A stretch of 64,000 nt of DNA from an uncultured Caldilineales bacterium. GTDB lineage: Bacteria > Chloroflexota > Anaerolineae > J102. The stretch lies in contig CAZYSY010000208.1 in the NCBI GenBank assembly GCA_964650295.1, forward strand, positions 35 to 64,034, given 5' to 3'. The notes under the pieces were generated by a model. It saw only the letters and a program-made list of their open reading frames with translations. It made no database searches and had not been told where the DNA came from. A program made the position numbers and the translations under genes. Positions 1-8,881 of this stretch are shown here, piece after piece. Each line of letters starts with the position of its first letter. Position 1 is the first letter of the stretch.

Positions 1-3000
1 GCCCGAGCTCTGGATGACCGTGGTCGCGGGCATGGACGCGACCGTGCTGCTGGTGGGGTGCATCACCGTGAGAAAATTGTGCTCCAGGGCTGTGTCCGCG
101 GGCTCCAGCTCGATGCGCCATTCGCCGTAGGGCGTGTCCTCGAAGTCGTTGGTGGGGCGGGGCTGCGCTTCACTCGCGCTCCAGTGCCAGTCGTAGTTGG
201 CGTCGAACACCCAGAACGCCTTCTCGCCCCGACCGCCCACCTTACGCAGGTTGACCGTCTCGGGCAGGAGGAAGCGCATGAAGAGCTTGCCGTCGCCATT
301 GATCACGGTGGCTTCATCCCCGCCGCTGTACAGCATTTCGCCCGGCGAGACTGCGCTGGCCGCGCCATTGAGGGTCGGTTCGGTGAAAGTGTGAAACAGA
401 AGTTTCGTGTTCTCACCGCTGAAGGATGGAGCGGTGACGCCCACCCGGTCGTAGAGGATGATGTAATCCCGCTTCTGGCTGTCGCCGTTCACCGGCCGCA
501 GATAGAGCATCTCCCGCTGAAAACGACTGACTTTAGCCGTGTTGCCGCTGAGGCCGTCCATGGCCTGATTGTAGGTGGGATTGTTGTAGGCCTTGGTGGC
601 GTCGCCCAGTGCGTAGGCGTATTGGGGGGCGTCTTCGTAGCGCAGCATGTCGGCCACGTCGTACTGGGTGATGTGCTGGTCGTAGTATTCGATGGTCTCG
701 GGCGCGCGGGTGGCGGGATACATGGAGCGCTGGCCGCCATCATTGGAGGAAGCGTCGGGGCGGGCGTGGGAGAAATCTTCGTTGGGGTTGTAGACGATGA
801 GGGTGTTGTGGGCGATGGTTCGCATGTAGTAGTTGCGGTCGTGGTAGCTGAGGCCGTCGCCGCTGTACACCCCGCTATCGAGGAGGAGATCGCTGTATTT
901 GAAGAGGGTGATGCTGTTCTGGTCGAGATGCTGGTGATAGGTGAAGTAATCGCCCGCCTGGAAGCCGATGTAGGTGACGCGGGTATTCGCGTCCGCGGCG
1001 CCGTCGGGCCAGTCGGAGCGGAGGAAGAGGGCGCCGGCGCCCGCGGCATAGTGCGCAGGCTGGGCGGGCGGGCTCTGGGGGAGATCGGGGTTGAACCAGA
1101 GGAATTCCTGATGGGCCAGGAAGTCATCGGACCTGCCATCAGGTTCGGTGGCGAGATAGGCCGCGAGCTGAGGCGCCAGGGGATGGTCCGCGAAACGGTC
1201 GTTGAGGATGAGGGCCATGATGCGGCCATAGTTGGCCATAGAGCCGCGATTGCGTTCGGTGTCGCCGGTAGAGAGGTAGGGGTGGTATTTTCGACCCCAT
1301 TCCTGGGCAACGCCGGGCCAGTGGTGTAGCAACAGATAGCCGATGCGCTCCCGAAACCAGTCGCTGCCTGCGAAAAGCCGCTCGCCCGCGCCTGTCTCCC
1401 ACGCGGCCACGGCCTGCACCCGGGCATAGTTCGCGATCCAGTCGTAGATCATGCCCTCGGGCCAGCCCCCGCCCGCGGCGATGCGATCCAGCAGGTCCAG
1501 CCCGGTGTGCTCGTAACGATAGGCATCCAGCCATTCCTTGGCCCGAGCGTTGTCACCATAGGTGGCAATGCCCATGACCGCGTAGCTGTATCCGTGACGG
1601 GGCCAGTAATTGCCCCAGCCGGGGTCATCACCGTAGCTGGGGTTGTCACCCCGGTGGTTGAAGTAAGCGATGAAGTCGTCCTTCTGGGCCTGGGTCATCT
1701 GGCCGTAACACCAGTCGAAGACCAGGGCCACATCGCCCGGGCAGGATGCGCAGTCCTCGTCCGCGTTCACCTTGTCCTGGGCCAGGGCCAGGGCATCGGT
1801 GCAATAGCTGGGGTCGTTCAGTATCTGGGCGACCAGGGCCTTGTGCAGCATGGCGTCGGGCTCGTTGTCCGCCTCGTCCTTCAACTGCGTCCAGCGGGGA
1901 TTGTCTGGCGTGGCCCGGGCCTGGAGGTTTGCCAGTCTGGCCGGGGTAAGGAAGACTCGAGGATGGCCCGAGGGGATGGTGAGCAGCCTCACGAAGACCG
2001 TATCGGTCGCGGTCTCGCCCAGCTCGTTGGTGACGGTGAGCTGGAAGGTCCACTCGCCGGGCGTGTCGGGCGTGAAGGTGATGACGGCCTGGGAGCCGAT
2101 GACGCCGCTCTGGGACGAATCGAAGGCCGGGGTAAGGATGCGCCATTCGTACGCGAGCGCGGCGTCGTTGCCGCCGGGCCGATCGTGGCTGCCCGACCCG
2201 TCCAGAGTGATGGCGGCGCCGTTCCATTGCAGGTTCTCCTGGTCGGGGCCCGCATCCGCAAGGGGCGCGTCGGGGTTGTAGACCACGGTGAGCTTGGGAC
2301 GAAGAGAGGCATCACCAGCATATTGGCTGGACCAGAAATGCCGCCAGTCGGTGTTCTCCTCCGCCCAGCCAGACGCATCTCGCAGGGTGAAGCCGTAGTT
2401 GGGTTGTTCGCCCCTCACCCAGGCCTGCACCAGCGTAGTCACATCCCAGGCATACCAGCCGGGATCAGTCACATCCGCGTAGCTGGTTTCGGCCGCGGCG
2501 TAATCCACGCCCGCTTCCATCCCCCGCGCTCCCCAGGGGACGTCGACGCCTTCGCCGGGGTAGTAGTCAAAGGCATCGTCGCCGGTGACGCCATGTTTGC
2601 CCGCTGCGTCGATGGGGGAATCCACCTGATTGCCCTCATCCCAGTCCTTCAGCACCTGATAGAGCTTGATGCGGCGCACGGGAGGCGAGGCGCAGGCACC
2701 CGTATAGCAGGCGTTGGTGGTGTTGTAAAGCTCCAGGGTGGCGGAAATGATGTCACTGTTGGCGGGGATGCTGCTGAGGTCGAAACGCAGCAGGGGATTG
2801 TCTCCGCCATCCCGTTCCAGGGCCAGAATTTCGTTCAAGCCGTAGTTTTCGCTGTATTGAGGTGGATTGTCCCAATCGTTGCTGCTGACCCAGGCGTCTT
2901 CCACGCCCGCATAGCCATTCAGCCCCTGCTGGAAGACCGCGGTTTGTTCGCTAGCGGGAGCAGCGTTGATTGCAACCACACCACCAATAAGTATTGCGAT

Positions 3001-3051
3001 CTGAGCGACCAGGAATGTGATTAGAGGCAGTACTGACGTTTTGGTGGACAC
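1..3051 (-). CDS. Secreted polysaccharide lyase-like protein (heparinase II/III-like core, N-terminal CBM-like/DNRLRE-type beta-sandwich and PKD-like domain). C-terminus runs off the window edge.
   Basis: An uninterrupted minus-strand frame runs from GTG at 3049-3051, with AGGAGG 6 nt upstream, to position 1. It is absent from the supplied ORF track because there is no stop in the window. Hand translation gives VSTKTSVLPLITFLVAQIAILIGG (signal/anchor), then 'NPLLRFDLSSIP...SATLELY', 'ITLDGSGSHD...EWR' (PKD-like), and a large region with 'RTIAHNTLIVYNP' that is heparinase II/III-like from memory. The first 60 nt translate in frame as ...MHPTSSTVASMPATTVIQSSG. Confidence 0.55.
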   Translation of the reverse strand, partial: MSTKTSVLPLITFLVAQIAILIGGVVAINAAPASEQTAVFQQGLNGYAGVEDAWVSSNDWDNPPQYSENYGLNEILALERDGGDNPLLRFDLSSIPANSDIISATLELYNTTNACYTGACASPPVRRIKLYQVLKDWDEGNQVDSPIDAAGKHGVTGDDAFDYYPGEGVDVPWGARGMEAGVDYAAAETSYADVTDPGWYAWDVTTLVQAWVRGEQPNYGFTLRDASGWAEENTDWRHFWSSQYAGDASLRPKLTVVYNPDAPLADAGPDQENLQWNGAAITLDGSGSHDRPGGNDAALAYEWRILTPAFDSSQSGVIGSQAVITFTPDTPGEWTFQLTVTNELGETATDTVFVRLLTIPSGHPRVFLTPARLANLQARATPDNPRWTQLKDEADNEPDAMLHKALVAQILNDPSYCTDALALAQDKVNADEDCASCPGDVALVFDWCYGQMTQAQKDDFIAYFNHRGDNPSYGDDPGWGNYWPRHGYSYAVMGIATYGDNARAKEWLDAYRYEHTGLDLLDRIAAGGGWPEGMIYDWIANYARVQAVAAWETGAGERLFAGSDWFRERIGYLLLHHWPGVAQEWGRKYHPYLSTGDTERNRGSMANYGRIMALILNDRFADHPLAPQLAAYLATEPDGRSDDFLAHQEFLWFNPDLPQSPPAQPAHYAAGAGALFLRSDWPDGAADANTRVTYIGFQAGDYFTYHQHLDQNSITLFKYSDLLLDSGVYSGDGLSYHDRNYYMRTIAHNTLIVYNPNEDFSHARPDASSNDGGQRSMYPATRAPETIEYYDQHITQYDVADMLRYEDAPQYAYALGDATKAYNNPTYNQAMDGLSGNTAKVSRFQREMLYLRPVNGDSQKRDYIILYDRVGVTAPSFSGENTKLLFHTFTEPTLNGAASAVSPGEMLYSGGDEATVINGDGKLFMRFLLPETVNLRKVGGRGEKAFWVFDANYDWHWSASEAQPRPTNDFEDTPYGEWRIELEPADTALEHNFLTVMHPTSSTVASMPATTVIQSSG

Positions 3052-3176
3052 AAAGCGCCTCCTTGTGATTGGATGGAGAAACTTGTATCTTGTTTTACTA
3101 CAAAAATGGCGATGCTTAATGCCTTATTGACGCTATGCGGGCGCTTATAGCCTTCATGCGCGTATGGAACACGAAT

Positions 3177-3214
3177 CTACAGACCTCGAAGGAGATGCCC
3201 TTTGAGGTCTGTAG
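3177..3214. terminator. Perfect 11-bp stem hairpin (ctacagacctc / gaggtctgtag, 16-nt loop) between the S8 protease stop and the lyase start; no U-tract
   Basis: The inverted repeat is read directly from the sequence. It lies 34 nt downstream of the minus-strand stop at 3248 and is not followed by a T-run on either strand. Confidence 0.35.
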
Positions 3215-3247
3215 GGACGAGAAAAGATACCCTAGATGGGAATATAG

Positions 3248-6127
3248 CTAATTTGTGCCCGGCGTCAATTTAAAATCGAATTCGCCAACTCGATTGGAAG
3301 GTGGAGATGCGTCGCCATTCAGATAGCCAAGCACGACATAAAAGTAGTTCTGTACATCGTTGCCTAATACGCCTGAGTCGAGATAGGTCATTTCTCCAGG
3401 GGATGCAGGTTCAGTGCTGAGTAACGATCCTTCTCCTACAGCGGGATTAAAGTAGGGCGATGTATCGCGCCAGATTTGGTATGCAGAATTGGGATCGGCA
3501 TGTTGCCAACGTAGCAAGGCGTCGCTGGTTCCACTCTTTTCGATGGCAACATCAGGTGCCACAGCGGGAGCACAGGCGAGCGGCTGGCCGCTGAACGGTG
3601 TATATTTGAGGGTCAGCGTGTTGGTTACGGGGGTGGAATACGTGAAACCGCTGCTCCCATCGGCATTTTCAATACCGACCAAAGCAGTGTGCGGATTACT
3701 CAAACTTTTGTATTGCACGACAACGGAGCTGCTATTGTTGTTCAGCACGATTTCGAAGGTTTCCGGGTCTCCATTTGGCCAATGTTGCACCTGATCGTAT
3801 TCGATTACGAAACGTCCATCTCCCAAATCTTTGGTATAAATTGCCCCTTGGTTATTCTCTGGATTCAGATCCATCGCCAAAGCATAGACGGCATTGTTTG
3901 GAGGCCCTTCGAAGGGTATAATGCCATGCAATCGATCGTAACCTACACCAAAGGATATGAATCCGTTAGAACCGATATACACATCGTTGTAGCTGTTGCC
4001 GTAAAAGGTGAACGTGAAAGGAAGCGCCACCTTTTTGTTGTCATCATCATCAAGCGAGTGGGATGTGCCATCACTGGCATCAATCCAGTTGTATTCAGCG
4101 GAGCAGGAGTCGCCACCATCACCAAGTGCATAGTCTGGAGCTGGGTCCAGGCTAAAGTTATGGGTCGTTGGGCCGGAGACAGTGACTGTGGTCTTGGTTT
4201 TAGCATAGCCTCGAGCAGAGACTTCAATTACACGATCGCCATGTGGAACACTAGCAAGAATATACTCACCTGAGCTGGTTGTCGTATCTGTGATGTAAGC
4301 AGTGAAGTCCTCGACGAGTTTCACTACCGCCCCCTCAATGGTTGGTGCCGGTGCGCTGTTTTCCTCCACGACGCCTGAGATTTGATCGGCAGCCAGCGCT
4401 GATAATGGAATGTTTTGAGTTGTGGTGACATCTTGGGTGACGCTAATGCTTGTCGGTGTCGAGTCCGAATAGCCGAATGCTTCTGCATGGATGTCATAGT
4501 TTCCATTGCCAATGATAAATGTATAGTTGCCTGAGTCGTCGCTGGACTGCATAAAGGTGTGGCCATTTCGTGTGATGTAAATTTTGGCCCCAGAAATAGG
4601 TTGACCGGTGACGGCGTCAGTGACAGTCCCCTCAATAATTCCGGCATTCATAGCCATCTCCACCGCCTCCAATAGATTGATTCGGCCCCAGCCAAAAGCA
4701 TTGTTGGGCACCTCGGAACCAGGCACGCCGCCACAGGTTTGGTTACTGGTGAGATGTACCGCGGTGGCTCGAAAAATTTCCTCGATCATATCCACTTGTC
4801 CAATAAGATCGGGTTCAGCTGAGAGAAGTACAGCCACTGCACCTGTGACATGGGGGGCAGCCATTGAAGTGCCAGACATAACAGTGTAGTTGTCCCCGGG
4901 ATAAGATGAGCCGATATTGACGCCGGGAGCGCTCACCTCTGGGCCGGGACGTCCAGTAAACGGATTGGGACCCCGACTGCTGAAATTAGCAATGCCATCA
5001 CCAGAATCGGTCGCGCCAACGTTGTATGAGTTTATGTTGTCACCAGGGGAGCCAAGTGTACCGCATTCGCTGCCCTCGTTGCCAGCAGAGAACACGGGTA
5101 CGATTCCTGCTGCTCTCCATGACTCAACCGCATCCAAATAGTAGGTGCGGCCACCTGGCCCGCCCCAAGAATTGTTCACCACTTGGGGGCGTTTGGAAGC
5201 GTCTGGGTTATCACCGTTAAGGTCTGTGGGAGCTAACATCCATTGCATGGCTGCCATCAAAGTCTCGCTGTCAGGGCAGCAGCCCAGGGCGTGAATCCAT
5301 TTGGCTCCCGGCGCAACGCCGATGTCGCCATACAGCGCGCTTCCCGAATTGCCGCCTGCCACGGTGCCTGTAGTGTGCGTGCCATGTCCGTTATCATCGC
5401 ACGGCACGCCCGGGGTACTGCACAAGCTGGCAGGATCATACCAATTATAGTTGTGATTGGCGGTGCTACCATTCCAACCCCGGTAATGATCTTTTAGGGC
5501 GGGATGATCCCATTGGACTCCCGTATCTACCACGCCGGCAACGATCCCCTGGCCGGTAAAACCATACGTCGACCATACTTGATCAGCTCCTATCTTCTCA
5601 ATTCCCCAGCTAAAGTCCAGTTGCGGGGTTTCTGCGTTTACCTCTTGAGGCGGCTCAGGTGGGTACACCTTGCCGGCTGGCACAATGCGGTCAACATTGG
5701 GGTGGCGTGCGATGGCTTCGGCAGCGGTTAGATCTCCTGTGACATAGATGACGTTGGCGATCCAGAATGGCCGATAGTGGCTGATGTTGCCTGGAATTGT
5801 ATGATTGGCAAGTTTGTTCAGTAAGTCGGCTTGAGAACGTTGTGCAGTTTTTTGCAGACGTTCTACCACGAAACGACCTCGTTCATCCCAATCTCTAATG
5901 CTTTTAGCCTTGGTTAGGTCAGCATGGTCCTTCATGTACACAACGAAGGTGACTTCGCCTTCAAGACGTGCTTCAAAACTTTGGTATACCGCAGCATCGA
6001 TGTTGTCAGCATAGACCTTACTATCCAACATATCATTTCTAAACAACAACCCAACGAACAATATTCCTACAAGTCCGATAATGAATATAGACGAAATAGT
6101 ACGGTAATGAGATAAGAATTTCCACAT
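3248..6127 (-). CDS. Secreted subtilisin-like serine protease (peptidase S8) with N-terminal I9 propeptide-like region and C-terminal beta-sandwich domains
   Basis: The catalytic triad motifs DTG, HGTHTTG and SGTSMAAPHV are present. The start was moved to ATG at 6125-6127 (MWKFLSHYRTISSIFIIGLVGILF, signal anchor), preceded by GGAG; the track ORF begins 14 codons upstream. Confidence 0.9.
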   Translation of the reverse strand: MWKFLSHYRTISSIFIIGLVGILFVGLLFRNDMLDSKVYADNIDAAVYQSFEARLEGEVTFVVYMKDHADLTKAKSIRDWDERGRFVVERLQKTAQRSQADLLNKLANHTIPGNISHYRPFWIANVIYVTGDLTAAEAIARHPNVDRIVPAGKVYPPEPPQEVNAETPQLDFSWGIEKIGADQVWSTYGFTGQGIVAGVVDTGVQWDHPALKDHYRGWNGSTANHNYNWYDPASLCSTPGVPCDDNGHGTHTTGTVAGGNSGSALYGDIGVAPGAKWIHALGCCPDSETLMAAMQWMLAPTDLNGDNPDASKRPQVVNNSWGGPGGRTYYLDAVESWRAAGIVPVFSAGNEGSECGTLGSPGDNINSYNVGATDSGDGIANFSSRGPNPFTGRPGPEVSAPGVNIGSSYPGDNYTVMSGTSMAAPHVTGAVAVLLSAEPDLIGQVDMIEEIFRATAVHLTSNQTCGGVPGSEVPNNAFGWGRINLLEAVEMAMNAGIIEGTVTDAVTGQPISGAKIYITRNGHTFMQSSDDSGNYTFIIGNGNYDIHAEAFGYSDSTPTSISVTQDVTTTQNIPLSALAADQISGVVEENSAPAPTIEGAVVKLVEDFTAYITDTTTSSGEYILASVPHGDRVIEVSARGYAKTKTTVTVSGPTTHNFSLDPAPDYALGDGGDSCSAEYNWIDASDGTSHSLDDDDNKKVALPFTFTFYGNSYNDVYIGSNGFISFGVGYDRLHGIIPFEGPPNNAVYALAMDLNPENNQGAIYTKDLGDGRFVIEYDQVQHWPNGDPETFEIVLNNNSSSVVVQYKSLSNPHTALVGIENADGSSGFTYSTPVTNTLTLKYTPFSGQPLACAPAVAPDVAIEKSGTSDALLRWQHADPNSAYQIWRDTSPYFNPAVGEGSLLSTEPASPGEMTYLDSGVLGNDVQNYFYVVLGYLNGDASPPSNRVGEFDFKLTPGTN

Positions 6128-6325
6128 GGTTAATCTCCTGGTGCAGTTTGGGAATGCGGTTAGGTGCAAGTATAGGCGAAGTTTTTCATCGGAGCAATTT
6201 TTGTCAATTGTAGCAAGGGCATCAATTCACTGCACATGTGGCGTTTGATGCCCATTAACCATTCATGGCTCACCCTACCTAGATTCCGAGCCCATCTCTC
6301 TCAACCTAATCTTGAGAAGGAACAA

Positions 6326-6613
6326 ATGAAACGCAGAATCTTGTTAGACATTGTGTTAATCATGGCTTTCGGACTGACGCTCTCAGATTGCGTTGGTACC
6401 GCCCCTGCGGCTAGGAAGTCTGCGTCCGAGCCTACCAACACCCCGACGGCAGAAGCCCCCAAAGCGCCTGAGTCTAAAGGTTGGGTCGGTGAGCATGTAC
6501 TGATCCATAGGCCAGGATGCAATTGCAGCGCCGGCCATCTGCTAGGGTGCAAGCGCGTGGTAAGGCGTAGATATCGTGCAAACAGACAGTGTCTACCAGG
6601 TCATCCCCTGTAG
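6326..6613 (+). CDS. Small secreted cysteine-rich hypothetical peptide (95 aa)
   Basis: ATG at 6326 with GAGAAGG 6 nt upstream. The N-terminus MKRRILLDIVLIMAFGLTLSDC is signal-peptide-like. The C-terminal part carries 4 Cys (CNCSAGHLLGC...RQC). No family is recognised. Confidence 0.25.
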   Translation: MKRRILLDIVLIMAFGLTLSDCVGTAPAARKSASEPTNTPTAEAPKAPESKGWVGEHVLIHRPGCNCSAGHLLGCKRVVRRRYRANRQCLPGHPL

Positions 6614-7181
6614 TGCCGTGGTTATTACTGGCGACTGGGCTCCCTAGTATGTGGTGGTGTGCCATGGTGAATTGGCAATGGGCTCTGGCGGTCGTGGCCC
6701 CGAATCGACGGCGCTTTTCGCACCATGCGGGCCGGGCGTATTCGCTGCGGGTGACTTGCTGCGCGGTGCGGAGACTGCGGCATTAGCCCCATGGAGGGCC
6801 GATTCGCGGCCGAAAGCATTGCGTATTTTTTTGCTGCCGATCCTCTGGACCTTCCCCAACACAGCATCTCTCCCGAGGACCTGTCTACGCCTCAGCGGCA
6901 GCTATCCTTCCGTGTGCGAGAATTTGCAAGAGACGTGGTCTTAGTGGTGAAGCAGGGAAAGAAAGTGTTGCATCATCAGCGATTCCGGTAGCTGCTACCC
7001 AATGAGACCATGCGTGCATCAGGGCGCTGGCTTGGTATGGTAGATTTGACCAGTGAGCCGCCTGAGGTTATCCTGACGGGTAATTGTCGCCAAAAGATTT
7101 TTCCTCTCCTTTGTTTAACTGGCGTCAAACTATCGACACGTCGCTGGTTGGCACTTTCCATTTTCTCTCAATGTTTCGCCT

Positions 7182-8177
7182 ATGAACCCTTACATAATTT
7201 TCGGCATTTTGTTATCTCTGGCATTGCTCTACAATTTTCTCAACGGCTTTCACGATGCGGCCAACGTGGTGGCAACCATCATTGCCTCACGGGCTATGTC
7301 GGCTCGGGCTGCGCTACTACTAGCCGCTATTGCTAATTTTGTGGGACCGTTGCTCTTTGGTGTGGCTGTGGCAACCACCATCGGCAAAGACCTGGTAGAA
7401 CCCAGCGCTATCACCATCACAGCGCTTATTGCCGCTCTCACCTCGGCCAATTTATGGAACATCGTCACGTGGTGGTTTGGCATTCCCTCCAGCTCTTCTC
7501 ATGCCCTGGCAGGAGGCTTGGTGGGCGCTGCTCTTATCTATGGCGGCGTAGCCATCATCAAAATGGATGGGCTGGTTAAGATTGCGCTGGCTTTATTCCT
7601 TTCTCCCATTCTGGGTTTTATTATCGGTTGGGTATTACTGAAATTAACTTACTGGCTGGCTCGGGGCGCTACGCCGAAGATCAATAAAAATTTCAACCGG
7701 GCGCAAGTGCTGACAGCCACCGCTCTGGCTCTTTCTCATGGCACCAACGACGCTCAGAAGGCCATGGGCATCATTGTCATGGGGTTGGTCACGCTAGGTT
7801 TTCAGGATCATTTTTTTGTTCCCGATTGGGTGATTATCCTCAGTGCTATCCCAATTGGTTTGGGAACAGCTAGCGGCGGTTGGCGCATCATTCATACATT
7901 AGGCGGTAAATTTTATCGTATCCGTCCGGTTCATAGTTTCACCTCGCAGTTGGCGTCCTCTCTTGTTATCTTTGGGGCTTCGATGCTGGGCGGCCCCGTA
8001 AGCACTACGCATGTTGTCAGTTCTACCATCGTAGGCGTAGGCGCAGCTGAACGCAAGAGCCAAGTGCGCTGGTTGAATCTCACCGATATCATGATTGCCT
8101 GGCTGATTACTGTGCCCATCACCGCGGCCTTGGCTGCTGTTCTCTATCCTGTCTTACGTATTTTCCTGGGCGCATAG
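7182..8177 (+). CDS. pit: Inorganic phosphate transporter, PiT family
   Basis: The N-terminal 'NGFHDAANVVAT' signature of PiT/PHO4 transporters is present, in a polytopic membrane protein of 331 aa. Confidence 0.9.
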   Translation: MNPYIIFGILLSLALLYNFLNGFHDAANVVATIIASRAMSARAALLLAAIANFVGPLLFGVAVATTIGKDLVEPSAITITALIAALTSANLWNIVTWWFGIPSSSSHALAGGLVGAALIYGGVAIIKMDGLVKIALALFLSPILGFIIGWVLLKLTYWLARGATPKINKNFNRAQVLTATALALSHGTNDAQKAMGIIVMGLVTLGFQDHFFVPDWVIILSAIPIGLGTASGGWRIIHTLGGKFYRIRPVHSFTSQLASSLVIFGASMLGGPVSTTHVVSSTIVGVGAAERKSQVRWLNLTDIMIAWLITVPITAALAAVLYPVLRIFLGA

Positions 8178-8215
8178 AGCTCGCCTATTTCATCCCATTA
8201 CGGAGTCAGAATTTT

Positions 8216-8836
8216 ATGAGCATCTTAAATACTCGTAAAGAAAATGTATTTATCCGTCTCCTGCGTGAGCAAGCGGAGGTGTTGCAAAAGGGTGCTCAGG
8301 CCCTTGAGCGCTTTGTCAAGGAAGGAAATTCCGCCGATGCCGAGATTGTGGAAAAGTGTGAAAGAGAGGGTGATGAAATTCGTCGCGTTCTCATTGACGA
8401 GTTACACAAAACATTTGTAACCCCCTTTGACCGGGAAGACATCTTCGAGCTATCGCTCTTTCTCGATGATGTTCTCGATTATTGCTACACCACCATTTTG
8501 GAAATGAATCTTCTTGATGTTCAGGCTGATGATTTTTTGGTGGAGATGGTCTTGCGGGTACGGGAAGCTGGGGATGAATTACTGCTAGCCATGCAGCGAT
8601 TGGAGAATAATCCCTTAGTTGCACTGGAGCATTCTCGGCGGGCCAAGCGGCGAGAAAATCAGGTTGAGAAGTTGTACCGGCGGGCGGTAACGGACTTATT
8701 TGCCGGGCCCGAGGATGTACATCATGTGATGATGATGTTACGCACTCGAGAGGTGTATCGGCACGTTTCGAACGCTGCGGATCAGGCCGATCAGGCAGCG
8801 AATGTCATTGGTAAAGTGGTTATGAAGATGACATAA
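8216..8836 (+). CDS. DUF47 / PhoU-like phosphate transport regulator (Pit accessory protein)
   Basis: A 206-aa helical protein (…FDREDIFELSLFLDDVLD…) sits immediately downstream of pit. This pairing is typical of TIGR00153-type proteins. Confidence 0.75.
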   Translation: MSILNTRKENVFIRLLREQAEVLQKGAQALERFVKEGNSADAEIVEKCEREGDEIRRVLIDELHKTFVTPFDREDIFELSLFLDDVLDYCYTTILEMNLLDVQADDFLVEMVLRVREAGDELLLAMQRLENNPLVALEHSRRAKRRENQVEKLYRRAVTDLFAGPEDVHHVMMMLRTREVYRHVSNAADQADQAANVIGKVVMKMT

Positions 8837-8881
8837 TGTTGTACGAGATATAAACATCTGCCGCGGCACTGGTCCGACAGA

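Noticed and set aside
58-3024. Long plus-strand ORFs in the track (58..1329, 1507..3024) and several Arg/Pro-rich minus ORFs
   Set aside because: They are antisense or out-of-frame shadow ORFs inside a high-GC gene. Their translations are low-complexity, whereas the open minus-strand frame anchored at 3051 gives a coherent multi-domain protein.
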